Positions 1 through 11,017 of a stretch of DNA of 64,000 bases are shown here, piece by piece (positions within the stretch are counted from its first letter, which is position 1; each line of letters opens with the position of its first letter). The position numbers and the translations under genes were made by a program. Under the pieces are notes generated by a model. It did no database searches. It was not told the DNA's origin and was given only the letters and a program-made list of their open reading frames with translations. Location of the stretch: the sequence record MK250017.1. The stretch is one strand, 5' to 3'.

Positions 1-289
1 TTAGATTATTATCTGTTTTAATTACACTAATTATATTTGATATATTTGTACCTATTAGCATATCTTGACCATCAATTTTTAATGTTATATTATTATACAT
101 AATACCTTGATATGTATTATCATCATTTAAAAATGGTATTAATGCTTTACTATACTTATTTTCTTCTTTGTTTACAGTTTTCTGATAATTAATATATGCA
201 TTGCTTTCTAATTTAACAATCAATGCATCCTTATCACTTATATTGGTTCTTACTTTATCTCCTATATGTAAGTCTTCAATCTTTAACAT
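1..289 (-). CDS. Hypothetical protein, runs off the window start
   Basis: Manual translation: ATG at 289, MLKIEDLHIGDKVRTN..., open to position 1. Confidence 0.5.
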   Translation of the reverse strand, partial: MLKIEDLHIGDKVRTNISDKDALIVKLESNAYINYQKTVNKEENKYSKALIPFLNDDNTYQGIMYNNITLKIDGQDMLIGTNISNIISVIKTDNNL

Positions 290-1241
290 AATTTTTAATA
301 AAAATAATTTCTTTTAATAAAGATTCAGTTAAACATGAAATATATAATTCTTTATTTGAATCATCTAACCAATTTACTATAGCTTTATTTATATATGATA
401 TAATGTCTAATATTTTATCTTTATGTCGTTTATCATTTAAGTATTCTTTTAATACATTAAATATTACAGTATTATCATATTTGTAATTTTTACTGAATAC
501 GAAATCGATTAATGTTTCAAATGAATTAGTATCTGTAAATGTAGCAGTTTCTCCTAATATAAATTTAATAATTTCGTTAATATCATTTGTAATAAATTTA
601 TCATCTTCTTTTACAGTAACTGGATTCTTCAATAATCCTCTTTTTCCTTNNNNNNNNNNNNNNNNNNNNNNNNNACCTTTATCATATGTTAATGTATATT
701 TCCAGAAATCAGTTAATACATGATCATCATTATATACATCAGGTATATTAGTAGGAATAAAGCTTGCTAAATCAATTAACAAATTTGTTCTATATAAACC
801 TTTGAAGTTTGATTCGTTATTTCTGTAATCTGGTGAATGATACATGAATTTTGAATATTCTATATCATTAGAAAACATTAAATCTACCTGAATAACATCA
901 CTAACCCACTTAACACCAAAAGAAATAATATGGAAACCAGAACTAACCTTTATTTGAGGTTCATTATCAGAAAACGCTGGACAAATCTTATTACGAATAC
1001 AATTTTCTATTGCATTAATATTGTTATCAGAGAATTCAAGTTCAACNNNNNNNNNNNNNNNNNNNNNNNNCTCATCATCTTTTTTCTTCCCTGTTGAACC
1101 TAATGTGCATGCATTAAAATTCATTATATTTCCATCAGTATCTTTACAATTATGTGTTAAATTATCTATTACCATACTTGCTATATATACTGCATCAAAA
1201 TTTCTAACAGGCACAGAGCCTTTAATTGCCATACCACTCAT
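276..1241 (-). CDS. Probable Pol-beta-superfamily nucleotidyltransferase
   Basis: LGSTGKK motif followed by a masked segment where G-D-x-D is expected, then IQVDLM (third Asp strand); 321 aa. Confidence 0.5.
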   Translation of the reverse strand: MSGMAIKGSVPVRNFDAVYIASMVIDNLTHNCKDTDGNIMNFNACTLGSTGKKKDDEXXXXXXXXVELEFSDNNINAIENCIRNKICPAFSDNEPQIKVSSGFHIISFGVKWVSDVIQVDLMFSNDIEYSKFMYHSPDYRNNESNFKGLYRTNLLIDLASFIPTNIPDVYNDDHVLTDFWKYTLTYDKGXXXXXXXXXGKRGLLKNPVTVKEDDKFITNDINEIIKFILGETATFTDTNSFETLIDFVFSKNYKYDNTVIFNVLKEYLNDKRHKDKILDIISYINKAIVNWLDDSNKELYISCLTESLLKEIIFIKNYVKD

Positions 1242-1553
1242 ATTATAATTTAATTAAATATATTCATATTTTGTAATTTATAATAAACTTAATGCGAAAA
1301 GTCTTTTATAATAATAAAGAAAAAATAAATTTTAGCAAACTTATATNNNNNNNNNNNNNNNNNNNNNNNNNNNNNNNNNNNNNNNNNNNNNNNNNNNNNN
1401 NNNNNNNNNNNNNNNNNNNNNNNNNNNNNNNNNNNNNNNNNNNNNNNNNNNNNNNNNNNNNNNNNNNNNNNNNNNNNNNNNNNNNNNNNNNNNNNNNNNN
1501 NNNNNNNNNNNNNNNNNNNNNNNNNNNNNNNNNNNNNNNNNNNNNNNNNNNNN

Positions 1554-2897
1554 AAAGATATTGAAATTGATGGTTGTATAGTATGTCATTCTATTGAAGA
1601 TGCTATCAGTTATTCAAAAGAAATTAAAATGGATTCTGCATTCATTATTGGTGGTGGATCTATTTATAAAGAAGCAATTAACAAAGATCTTATTGATATT
1701 TTATATATTGATTTTTTAAATACAGGTTTATCTGATGAAGATTTTGATACTTATTTTGAATTTCCTCCTGTTGAACAAACATATCGTACATGTAAAAACT
1801 TAACTGATTATAATTCAAACGCAAATATTAATCCTGTTATTTCATACAGAGAACGTACATTTGTTACAACTGATTATGATTATTTGTCATTAATGAATAA
1901 AATTATTAAAAATGGAAAAACAAAACATACACGTGCAGGTGAAACATTATCTATTTTTGGTGAAATGCTTTCATTTGATTTAAGGAAAGGTTTGCCTATT
2001 CTCACAACAAAGAAAGTGTATTCAAAAGGTTGTATTCATGAATTGTTATGGATTTTACATGGTGATACAAATATAAAGTATCTTGTTGAAAATAATACTC
2101 ATATATGGGATGATGATGCATACAGATATTATTTACAGAAATTTGAATCTGATAAAGATGTAAAGACGACAAAAGAACAGTTTATTAACCGTGTAATTAA
2201 ACAGGATATTATTCATTATGTTGAAGATGGTGATATGAATAGCNNNNNNNNNNNNNNNNNNNNNCTTGGACCTGTATATGGAAAACAATGGGTTAATTGG
2301 AATGGTATTAATCAGGTTAAAGAACTTATTCATAAATTGAAAACAAATCCTGATGACAGACGTTTAATGATTTCTGCATGGAATGTCGGAGAAATTAAAG
2401 ATATGGCTTTACCTCCTTGTCATTACTTATCACAATGGTATGTAACTGAAATGAATAACTATGAAAGAAATGAAGAATATCATAAAAGATATAATATCAA
2501 TGTAGATGATAATAAACTTTTATCTGATGAAGAATTAGATAAATTAGGAATTCCGCATCAATATTTAAGCTGTATGTGGATGCAGAGATCTGTTGATACA
2601 TGTTTAGGATTACCATATGATTTATTGAGTTATTCTATATTAACTCATCTTATTGCACAGATTTGTAATATGGTTCCTTATGAAGTTAAATGTTCACTTG
2701 GTGATTGTCATATATATAAGAACCAGTTATCTGGTGCAATTAAACAAATTCAGAGAAATCCGTTTAAATATGAACCTGCACAACTTGTGCTTAATAAAGA
2801 AATTAGAGATATTAATGATTTTAAATATGATGATATTAAAATTGTAAATTATAATTCATATTCAACAGTTAAATATCCTCTTTCTGTTGGACTTTAA
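1554..2897 (+). CDS. thyA: Bifunctional dihydrofolate reductase-thymidylate synthase (start hidden in N gap 1347-1553)
   Basis: Frame is open upstream of the 1629 ATG (KDIEIDGCIVCHSIEDAI), then DHFR motif FIIGGGSIY; TS motifs FDLRKGLPILTTKKV, LGPVYGKQW, catalytic LPPCH, QRSVD. Confidence 0.9.
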   Translation, partial: KDIEIDGCIVCHSIEDAISYSKEIKMDSAFIIGGGSIYKEAINKDLIDILYIDFLNTGLSDEDFDTYFEFPPVEQTYRTCKNLTDYNSNANINPVISYRERTFVTTDYDYLSLMNKIIKNGKTKHTRAGETLSIFGEMLSFDLRKGLPILTTKKVYSKGCIHELLWILHGDTNIKYLVENNTHIWDDDAYRYYLQKFESDKDVKTTKEQFINRVIKQDIIHYVEDGDMNSXXXXXXXLGPVYGKQWVNWNGINQVKELIHKLKTNPDDRRLMISAWNVGEIKDMALPPCHYLSQWYVTEMNNYERNEEYHKRYNINVDDNKLLSDEELDKLGIPHQYLSCMWMQRSVDTCLGLPYDLLSYSILTHLIAQICNMVPYEVKCSLGDCHIYKNQLSGAIKQIQRNPFKYEPAQLVLNKEIRDINDFKYDDIKIVNYNSYSTVKYPLSVGL

Positions 2898-2903
2898 AAA
2901 AAT

Positions 2904-2937
2904 AAAGGTTGAAACATTCCAAAATGTTTCAACCTTT
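2904..2937. terminator. Perfect 15-bp hairpin between convergent genes (bidirectional terminator; possibly also a DGR target hairpin)
   Basis: aaaggttgaaacatt-ccaa-aatgtttcaaccttt. Confidence 0.75.
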
Positions 2938-2953
2938 TATATTTAAATATATA

Positions 2954-3847
2954 TTATACTTCTAAAGCTAAGAAACCTAAAGCACCGAGCTCGTAGTTCT
3001 TATTCTAGGTGGTGACCTGACCAGAATAGAAACTGACATAGTACTCATTATAACTCTAATACTAACTCTACCACTCTCTACTACTCCAATACTAGAAGTG
3101 ATCGAAACCTCTACCTTTTATAGCATTACGCTTTTCATTTATAGCTGCTTTATTTGCATAAATCTGATATAATTCACCTGGCATTGGTAAATACCAGTCA
3201 CCTGGTTTTGTACCAGGTGTTGAATAAACAACACAACAACATGCAGGTGCACAATAACCTTTACCTTTATTACTTGTCACACCATCACATATATTCTAAT
3301 CCTAATTTGTAGCATTAGATAAACATTGTTGTGTATTCCATTTACCTCCTATATATGATGCCTTATCTTCACTACCTTTTACATTACCTATTATTGTACC
3401 GTAATTACCAAAGTACATAACGTGATAAGCTTTATTTCCAGTTGTAGGTGTATCATAATCCATGTAATTTAAAGAAACGAATCTAGCTGTTTTAACAGCA
3501 CCTGTTGAATCATCGCCATTTTTAAAGTTTTCAGTAACCTCAGGAATTACACAAATAGCAATAGGTGTGTTATCAACACTATTAGTCTACGCATCAAGTG
3601 TAAGTTTACCATCAGCGGTTGAATAAAGAATATCTGCAACAGCAGGTTTCTTTTTACTAGATGAAGCATCCAATTTAACTGGTTCCATATTTACTGAACC
3701 TAACATCAAACAATTAGGTCCAGGATGTCTTTCATCTATAAATTTAGTCGTCTAAGACTGATATACAAATGCACCATCTTTATGATGAATCTATAAAGCA
3801 GCTTCATTCATTAATTCATCTGTTGCAAACTATTTAATGAATTTCAT
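2954..3847 (-). CDS. TAG-recoded C-type-lectin/DUF1566-like receptor-binding protein, probable DGR target (297 aa)
   Basis: ATG 3847 to TAA 2954 with 11 in-frame TAG; motifs TPIAICVIP, WYLPMPGELYQIYANK, YWSS.E, V.F.SG.V...K typical of Bacteroidetes-phage DGR targets. Confidence 0.8.
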
Positions 3848-3989
3848 AAATAATATAATTTTTTATTATATTTATACTGACAATTACTAACTTTTATGGA
3901 ATCTTATAACTTTATAAACATAACTAAATAGATATTTCATAATTAAGTTATATTTTCATAAAAACTTAAATAATTTTATCAATTTTCTA

Positions 3990-4493
3990 TTAATTTAATC
4001 CAATTTTCTTCAATTTTTCATATAAATTTTGATAAAATTTTTCAACCAGTATAATATATCTTGAATTACCTTTTTCATTTATAATTTCATTAAAATAATC
4101 AGAATATTTTTCAACAATTTGTTTTACATATTCACTTTCATTATTTTTATAAATTATATATTGAGCATCAATTTCTTGTTTTGCATTTCTTGGACAATTA
4201 GTCTTTGTATAATGAGAACATTCCCAATCAATAATAGTTGCTTCATAATCATAATTATCACATTTATGATATTTTCCCATTTGTAAAAAATAATATTCTG
4301 GATGATGTTTATTATGAAATCTATGAAATTTCTGTAATGTTTTATATGGTACTATTAATTTAAGAAATGGTTTTTCCATATCATGAAACAGATATTTAAA
4401 TTTCCAGCATTTTTGATTTAATGCAACCATATTAAATGAACACCAATGTGCAAACCAATATTTAAATGAACTTCTTTCTGCTTTATCAAACAT
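3990..4493 (-). CDS. HD-like protein (DUF5662-like)
   Basis: FHDMEK, HNKHHPEY and IIDW motifs. Confidence 0.5.
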   Translation of the reverse strand: MFDKAERSSFKYWFAHWCSFNMVALNQKCWKFKYLFHDMEKPFLKLIVPYKTLQKFHRFHNKHHPEYYFLQMGKYHKCDNYDYEATIIDWECSHYTKTNCPRNAKQEIDAQYIIYKNNESEYVKQIVEKYSDYFNEIINEKGNSRYIILVEKFYQNLYEKLKKIGLN

Positions 4494-4572
4494 AGTTTTA
4501 TATTTTATTTTTAAAAATTAAAAGGAAGATTCCAAATATATTACAATATTAGAATCTTCCTTTTATTATAAG

Positions 4573-4941
4573 TTAATAAACATTTTCATTTGTTATATCA
4601 GATAATTTAGCATCTGTTACAACAATATAAATTTTAGAATTAATTTCTTGTTCTGGATCCTCTATGAAATCATATCTAATTACCTTATATGGAATTAAAT
4701 TTGTTTGTGTTTCATTTGGACACCATATAATAGAATCTTGATTAGGAAGAGTATCAACATGGAAATCACAGATATGTATAATATCTGGTATATCATTATC
4801 TTCTGTTACTTTATATTTAATAATACATATATTTGTCTTATTTTGTAGACTTATATTATTATCAATAACTTCTTTTTCTATTTCTTCTTCCTGTTCTAAT
4901 TCAGTTTTTTTATTATTAAATAGTTGTTTAAAAATATTCAT
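4573..4941 (-). CDS. Hypothetical protein
   Basis: 122-aa ORF, co-oriented with neighbours. Confidence 0.55.
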   Translation of the reverse strand: MNIFKQLFNNKKTELEQEEEIEKEVIDNNISLQNKTNICIIKYKVTEDNDIPDIIHICDFHVDTLPNQDSIIWCPNETQTNLIPYKVIRYDFIEDPEQEINSKIYIVVTDAKLSDITNENVY

Positions 4942-4945
4942 TTAA

Positions 4946-5350
4946 TTAATCAACTGGTTCCCAAAGGATACTTTGTTTATTTTGATCTTCAATAATTTCC
5001 ATAAGAGGTCTTGCATGTTTGAAGTCAAGATTTGCAATAAATGAAACAATCTTATCCATTTCTTCAATAGGCATTCTATCGTACTTCTGTTCAATATATT
5101 TAACCAAATCAATAAGCTTAATCTGATCATTATTTGAATTCTTTAAAATAGTTGCATATGGAAGTGTATCAACAGTTTCATGGAAAAGTTGCATGAACTT
5201 ATTTGTACATTTGATAAGTTTTTCATATGACTTTGTTTCAGGTTCTGGCATATCTGAATCATCATCCATTACAATCATTTCTGGATCAATAGTATTATCT
5301 AATTTTGAAGGCTTTACTTCTTCTGCTTCAATGATTTTATCTTTACTCAT
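4946..5350 (-). CDS. Hypothetical protein
   Basis: 134-aa ORF, co-oriented with neighbours. Confidence 0.6.
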   Translation of the reverse strand: MSKDKIIEAEEVKPSKLDNTIDPEMIVMDDDSDMPEPETKSYEKLIKCTNKFMQLFHETVDTLPYATILKNSNNDQIKLIDLVKYIEQKYDRMPIEEMDKIVSFIANLDFKHARPLMEIIEDQNKQSILWEPVD

Positions 5351-5364
5351 TTTCTTTATATTAT

Positions 5365-5712
5365 TTAGATTTTTGGTATATTAAAATTTGGGGTTGGTAT
5401 ATTAGGTGGTTGATAACTATTTGTTAAACCTGATGGATTACTCATTTGATTTTTTAAATCATTCATGTTATAACGACTTTGCATATTATTCATTTGTTTT
5501 TCCATACGCTGATTTTCTTCTTTATTTTGTTTTTCTTGCTCTTCCATATTTTCTTTATAAACATCTAATATATCAAGAATTTCAAAAAAAGACATTTCTT
5601 TAATATCTTGAAAACTTAAATTCATTTCCTTTGAAAGAACATAAACAATATGCATTAAATCATCGTATGGAATTTTAAATAATCTGTGAATATCTGAGAA
5701 ATCCGTACATTC
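5365..5712 (-). CDS. Possible baseplate-hub/tail assembly chaperone C-terminal part (T4 gp51-like); 5' part in N gap
   Basis: Visible part LMHIVYVLSKEMNLSFQDIKEMSFFEILDIL resembles gp51-like helical repeat; adjacent to gp26-like gene. Confidence 0.4.
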   Translation of the reverse strand, partial: ECTDFSDIHRLFKIPYDDLMHIVYVLSKEMNLSFQDIKEMSFFEILDILDVYKENMEEQEKQNKEENQRMEKQMNNMQSRYNMNDLKNQMSNPSGLTNSYQPPNIPTPNFNIPKI

Positions 5713-6316
5713 NNNNNNNNNNNNNNNNNNNNNNNNNNNNNNNNNNNNNNNNNNNNNNNNNNNNNNNNNNNNNNNNNNNNNNNNNNNNNNNNNNNNNNNN
5801 NNNNNNNNNNNNNNNNNNNNNNNNNNNNNNNNNNNNNNNNNNNNNNNNNNNNNNNNNNNNNNNNNNNNNNNNNNNNNNNNNNNNNNNNNNNNNNNNNNNN
5901 NNNNNNNNNNNNNNNNNNNNNNNNNNNNNNNNNNNNNNNNNNNNNNNNNNNNNNNNNNNNNNNNNNNNNNNNNNNNNNNNNNNNNNNNNNNNNNNNNNNN
6001 NNNNNNNNNNNNNNNNNNNNNNNNNNNNNNNNNNNNNNNNNNNNNNNNNNNNNNNNNNNNNNNNNNNNNNNNNNNNNNNNNNNNNNNNNNNNNNNNNNNN
6101 NNNNNNNNNNNNNNNNNNNNNNNNNNNNNNNNNNNNNNNNNNNNNNNNNNNNNNNNNNNNNNNNNNNNNNNNNNNNNNNNNNNNNNNNNNNNNNNNNNNN
6201 NNNNNNNNNNNNNNNNNNNNNNNNNNNNNNNNNNNNNNNNNNNNNNNNNNNNNNNNNNNNNNNNNNNNNNNNNNNNNNNNNNNNNNNNNNNNNNNNNNNN
6301 NNNNNNNNNNNNNNNT

Positions 6317-6814
6317 ATAAAATCTGTCAATTTCTTTAAGGTCTTTCCATGTTGCCTGCCCAGTTGGAAATGAAATCTTCATACAACGTTCAATGATATA
6401 ACTTAATGCATCATCAATTGCACTTACATCTGTTTCATCTGTCATAGACCAGTGTCTAATATCACCACCTGATGCTGCACGTACAAAAATTCGTGTTCCT
6501 TCTGGATAGAAAATACCACCCGTTGGAAGAGACTCTAATGGTAATTCAAGAAATCCCATACCGCTGTCATGAATTTCTTTCTTCAATTCATCCTGACGTA
6601 TTGCATGTGCTTCTCTCATACTTGGACGCGCTTTTGCATCTGCAACTTGCTCTGCAAAATGTTCCTGAGCTGTTTGTACATTTTCTACACTTGGTGCTTT
6701 CTTTGTGTTTGCTTTTGTCTTTCCTTGTTCAATCTCTGCAAGATGTGCAGCGCCTTCTGCAGTCTATGCATACTGTGCAAGAACATCTTCTACTGTATGT
6801 TTCTAATCTGACAT
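6317..6814 (-). CDS. TAG-recoded T4 gp26-like baseplate hub assembly protein; 3' part in N gap
   Basis: ATG 6814, 2 in-frame TAG, joins track ORF at 6619; LPTGGIFYP motif. Confidence 0.5.
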
Positions 6815-6879
6815 AATTTCGAAATTATTGTTTGTTTTATTTTATACTAAATTATTTAACTTTTGTTTACTTTATTTTA

Positions 6880-9039
6880 TTAAGACTAGTATTCTACTTT
6901 TCCTTCATATAGAGTTGATTGNNNNNNNNNNNNNNNNNNNNNNNNNNNNNNNNNNNNNNNNNNNNNNNNNNNNNNNNNNNNNNNNNNNNNNNNNNNNNNN
7001 NNNNNNNNNNNNNNNNNNNNNNNNNNNNNNNNNNNNNNNNNNNNNNNNNNNNNNNNNNNNNNNNNNNNNNNNNNNNNNNNNNNNNNNNNNNNNNNNNNNN
7101 NNNNNNNNNNNNNNNNNNNNNNNNNNNNNNNNNNNNNNNNNNNNNNNNNNNNNNNNNNNNNNNNNNNNNNNNNNNNNNNNNNNNNNNNNNNNNNNNNNNN
7201 NNNNNNNNNNNNNNNNNNNNNNNNNNNNNNNNNNNNNNNNNNNNNNNNNNNNNNNNNNNNNNNNNNNNNNNNNNNNNNNNNNNNNNNNNNNNNNNNNNNN
7301 NNNNNNNNNNNNNNNNNNNNNNNNNNNNNNNNNNNNNNNNNNNNNNNNNNNNNNNNNNNNNNNNNNNNNNNNNNNNNNNNNNNNNNNNNNNNNNNNNNNN
7401 NNNNNNNNNNNNNNNNNNNNNNNNNNNNNNNNNNNNNNNNNNNNNNNNNNNNNNNNNNNNNNNNNNNNNNNNNNNNNNNNNNNNNNNNNNNNNNNNNNNN
7501 NNNNCAAATAGATTTACAATACATATTATTTCTTATTTGTGGTTTAGGTGTATATTTACATTTCCAAAATGAACCTTCTATATCTTTATTATGTTTTGAA
7601 TAATCGATTATATTAGTAAAACTTTCAATTGACTCTATTGCATCAGTTTCACCATCACTTTCTAATAATCTTGTATTTGGAACATAATTATATGTAACTG
7701 CAACTTCATTATAAATAATCCATTTTGCTGCATCATTNNNNNNNNNNNNNNNNNNNNNNNNNNNNNNNNTATTAGATAAATTATCATAAAATGCTTCAGA
7801 AACCAATGGAATCTCATTATTTTCTATTCTTCTCATAATGTCATCTGAAAGTTCAACTACATTATTTCCTTCACCATATACTGGATAATATACAATTTCT
7901 TTATTATCTGTATCTTCATATATTCTTACATTAAAGTAATCAGAATTCGACTTATATTTTATAGCAATCTAATTTATTGGATCTTGATGGAATGTACTTG
8001 CATATATATTAGGATCTGTTGATGTAAGATTACCTTCTGAAACTGTCGCAAAATTTACAATTAATGTTGGATCACTCAATATCTAATATTCTAATTTACG
8101 TTGTGTATTATCATTTGGTATTTTTCCATAATATTGAATATTAGTTTTCTGTACATCATTTTTATATGTAACAGTATTTTCTGTTCTGATTAATTCACCA
8201 TGTCCATATTTACTTTCTACTGATAAATTTAAATCACCATTTAATGACATATAATATGCAGATGGTACTAAAAATTCTATATATCTATCATAAAAACAAC
8301 CATTCTGATATATTGGAGATTTATGCCATTTAACAACATTATGAAGAATCAAACATTCTTTANNNNNNNNNNNNNNNNNNNNNNNNNNNNNNNNNNNNNN
8401 NAATGATAATTTTTCAACCTCAGTTTGTTTTGCATTGTTCTAATATGCAGACTATACTGCAGTTGGATTATCATTTGTAGTTGCAACATTATTATCATCT
8501 ATCAATATATATTCTGTTTCGAATATAGGATTATGATATTCATCATACATTTTATATGTATTACTATTAGGATACATTTTCTAAGAAGGTGTTAAATATC
8601 TTGCATTCGTTTTTACTTGTAATGTTATACCAGCTAATCTATCTAATGTAAAACCATATATAAAANNNNNNNNNNNNNNNNNNNNNNNNNNTTTACCACC
8701 TTTATGTTCTGTAAATGTATCAACATTATCTTTAATATTCAATAAAGATTCGTTACTATATACTTTACTACCATGTTTATCTATTACATGTTTATCTAAT
8801 ATTGAACTATCAACATTTAATGTATTTTGTTTTGTTAATCCAACAAATGTATATTCTGACATTGATTCATCTGGAAACTTAATAAAATACTAAGCATTAG
8901 AATATCTGTCATTATCTATATCCTATGGTTTTTCTGTATAATATACATTACCATCTTTACCTATATATACTGTATAATCTGTTGTTTTTTCATCAGGCGT
9001 ATCATTTGCATCATACTAATTAGCTACATATTCTAACAT
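6880..9039 (-). CDS. TAG-recoded 719-aa probable virion structural protein
   Basis: Track fragments 8581-8862, 8083-8352 and 6886-7836 are one frame from ATG 9039 to TAA 6880 with at least 9 TAG; ATG overlaps the upstream TAA by 1 nt. Confidence 0.7.
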
Positions 9040-9902
9040 TATCTGATTANNNNNNNNNNNNNNNNNNNNNNNNNNNNNNNNNNNNNNNNNNNNNNNNNNN
9101 NNNNNNNNNNNNNNNNNNNNNNNNNNNNNNNNNNNNNNNNNNNNNNNNNNNNNNNNNNNNNNNNNNNNNNNNNNNNNNNNNNNNNNNNNNNNNNNNNNNN
9201 NNNNNNNNNNNNNNNNNNNNTTGTAGGACCTATAGACCATTTTTTCTGTTTATAATATTTCTTCAAATATTTAGATTTTGACGGATCAAACATAACACCA
9301 TCCATATTACTGATAGAAATATATGGATTATCTGTTCTACCTATTAATCTAATTCCAGATTTATCTTCAATAATATCTAATGTTAAATTTGTATTCATAG
9401 TAAATTGATCTATATGTGTAGAAAATAATGAAAAGTCTTTTCTGACATCTGTTCCACCAGTAACTGCATAATATCCTTTTGGTTCATCAATATGCCATTT
9501 TAAATTATATATAGAATCACCATGTATAATTGTATCAGACTATGCATATACAGTATCAATTTTTGTATGCATCTTTGTCTATGTAATTACCAAAGGATTA
9601 TCTTTTAATGATTTTAATTCCTATGCTAATTCACAATTCTGATTTTGTAAATCTTTTATATTCTGTACATAGATTTTTTTTGATACATATAAATTCTTTA
9701 ATTTATTTTTGTAAATTTCCAATGAATCATTATCATATATTACCAATGGTGGTTCAATTGATTTTGATTCATAATGTCTATACTTCATATAACATACACA
9801 TGAAATCATTACAAATAAGATAATAACATAATCTTTAAATGTTAATTTTCTATNNNNNNNNNNNNNNNNNNNNNNNNNGGTATCTAATATCTTGGTTATC
9901 AT
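9039..9902 (-). CDS. TAG-recoded membrane-anchored coiled-coil protein (DUF6549/spanin-like)
   Basis: Fragments 9621-9902 and 9039-9398 join through 3 TAG; N-terminal TM segment, coiled coil, C-terminal KKWSIGP motif. Confidence 0.55.
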
Positions 9903-9906
9903 AATA

Positions 9907-10227
9907 TTATAAATTATTTTTTAAATTCATTAAAAATATTTCTCAAAAATGTAGACTTTTTCACAAAAGCCCAGTATAATAAATATCTTAGATGTTTAGG
10001 TTGAGATAGATATTATATATAATATGTAAAAAATTTAATTTTTAAGAAATAATTTTAAATATTTATTTTTGTTAAATATTATATATAATTTTTAATTAAT
10101 ATTCTTTTTAATTATTAATATTATTTAGAATTTGTATAAATTAATATATAAATAATATTGATTATCAAATAGTTATAAATTATTTTTAGTGTTTATTAAA
10201 AATAATTTGTAAAAATGTAGACTTTTT
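9907..10227. repeat. Degenerate ~55-bp direct repeat, 2 copies 266 bp apart
   Basis: ttataaattatttt-(n)-aaaaatgtagacttttt at 9907/9945 and 10173/10211, identical 38-nt internal offset. Confidence 0.6.
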
Positions 10228-11017
10228 TGAGAATANNNNNNNNNNNNNNNNNNNNNNNNNNNNNNNNNNNNNNNNNNNNNNNNNNNNNNNNNNNNNNNNN
10301 NNNNNNNNNNNNNNNNNNNNNNNNNNNNNNNNNNNNNNNNNNNNNNNNNNNNNNNNNNNNNNNNNNNNNNNNNNNNNNNNNNNNNNNNNNNNNNNNNNNN
10401 NNNNNNNNNNNNNNNNNNNNNNNNNNNNNNNNNNNNNNNNNNNNNNNNNNNNNNNNNNNNNNNNNNNNNNNNNNNNNNNNNNNNNNNNNNNNNNNNNNNN
10501 NNNNNNNNNNNNNNNNNNNNNNNNNNNNNNNNNNNNNNNNNNNNNNNNNNNNNNNNNNNNNNNNNNNNNNNNNNNNNNNNNNNNNNNNNNNNNNNNNNNN
10601 NNNNNNNNNNNNNNNNNNNNNNNNNNNNNNNNNNNNNNNNNNNNNNNNNNNNNNNNNNNNNNNNNNNNNNNNNNNNNNNNNNNNNNNNNNNNNNNNNNNN
10701 NNNNNNNNNNNNNNNNNNNNNNNNNNNNNNNNNNNNNNNNNNNNNNNNNNNNNNNNNNNNNNNNNNNNNNNNNNNNNNNNNNNNNNNNNNNNNNNNNNNN
10801 NNNNNNNNNNNNNNNNNNNNNNNNNNNNNNNNNNNNNNNNNNNNNNNNNNNNNNNNNNNNNNNNNNNNNNNNNNNNNNNNNNNNNNNNNNNNNNNNNNNN
10901 NNNNNNNNNNNNNNNNNNNNNNNNNNNNNNNNNNNNNNNNNNNNNNNNNNNNNNNNNNNNNNNNNNNNNNNNNNNNNNNNNNNNNNNNNNNNNNNNNNNN
11001 NNNNNNNNNNNNNNNNT

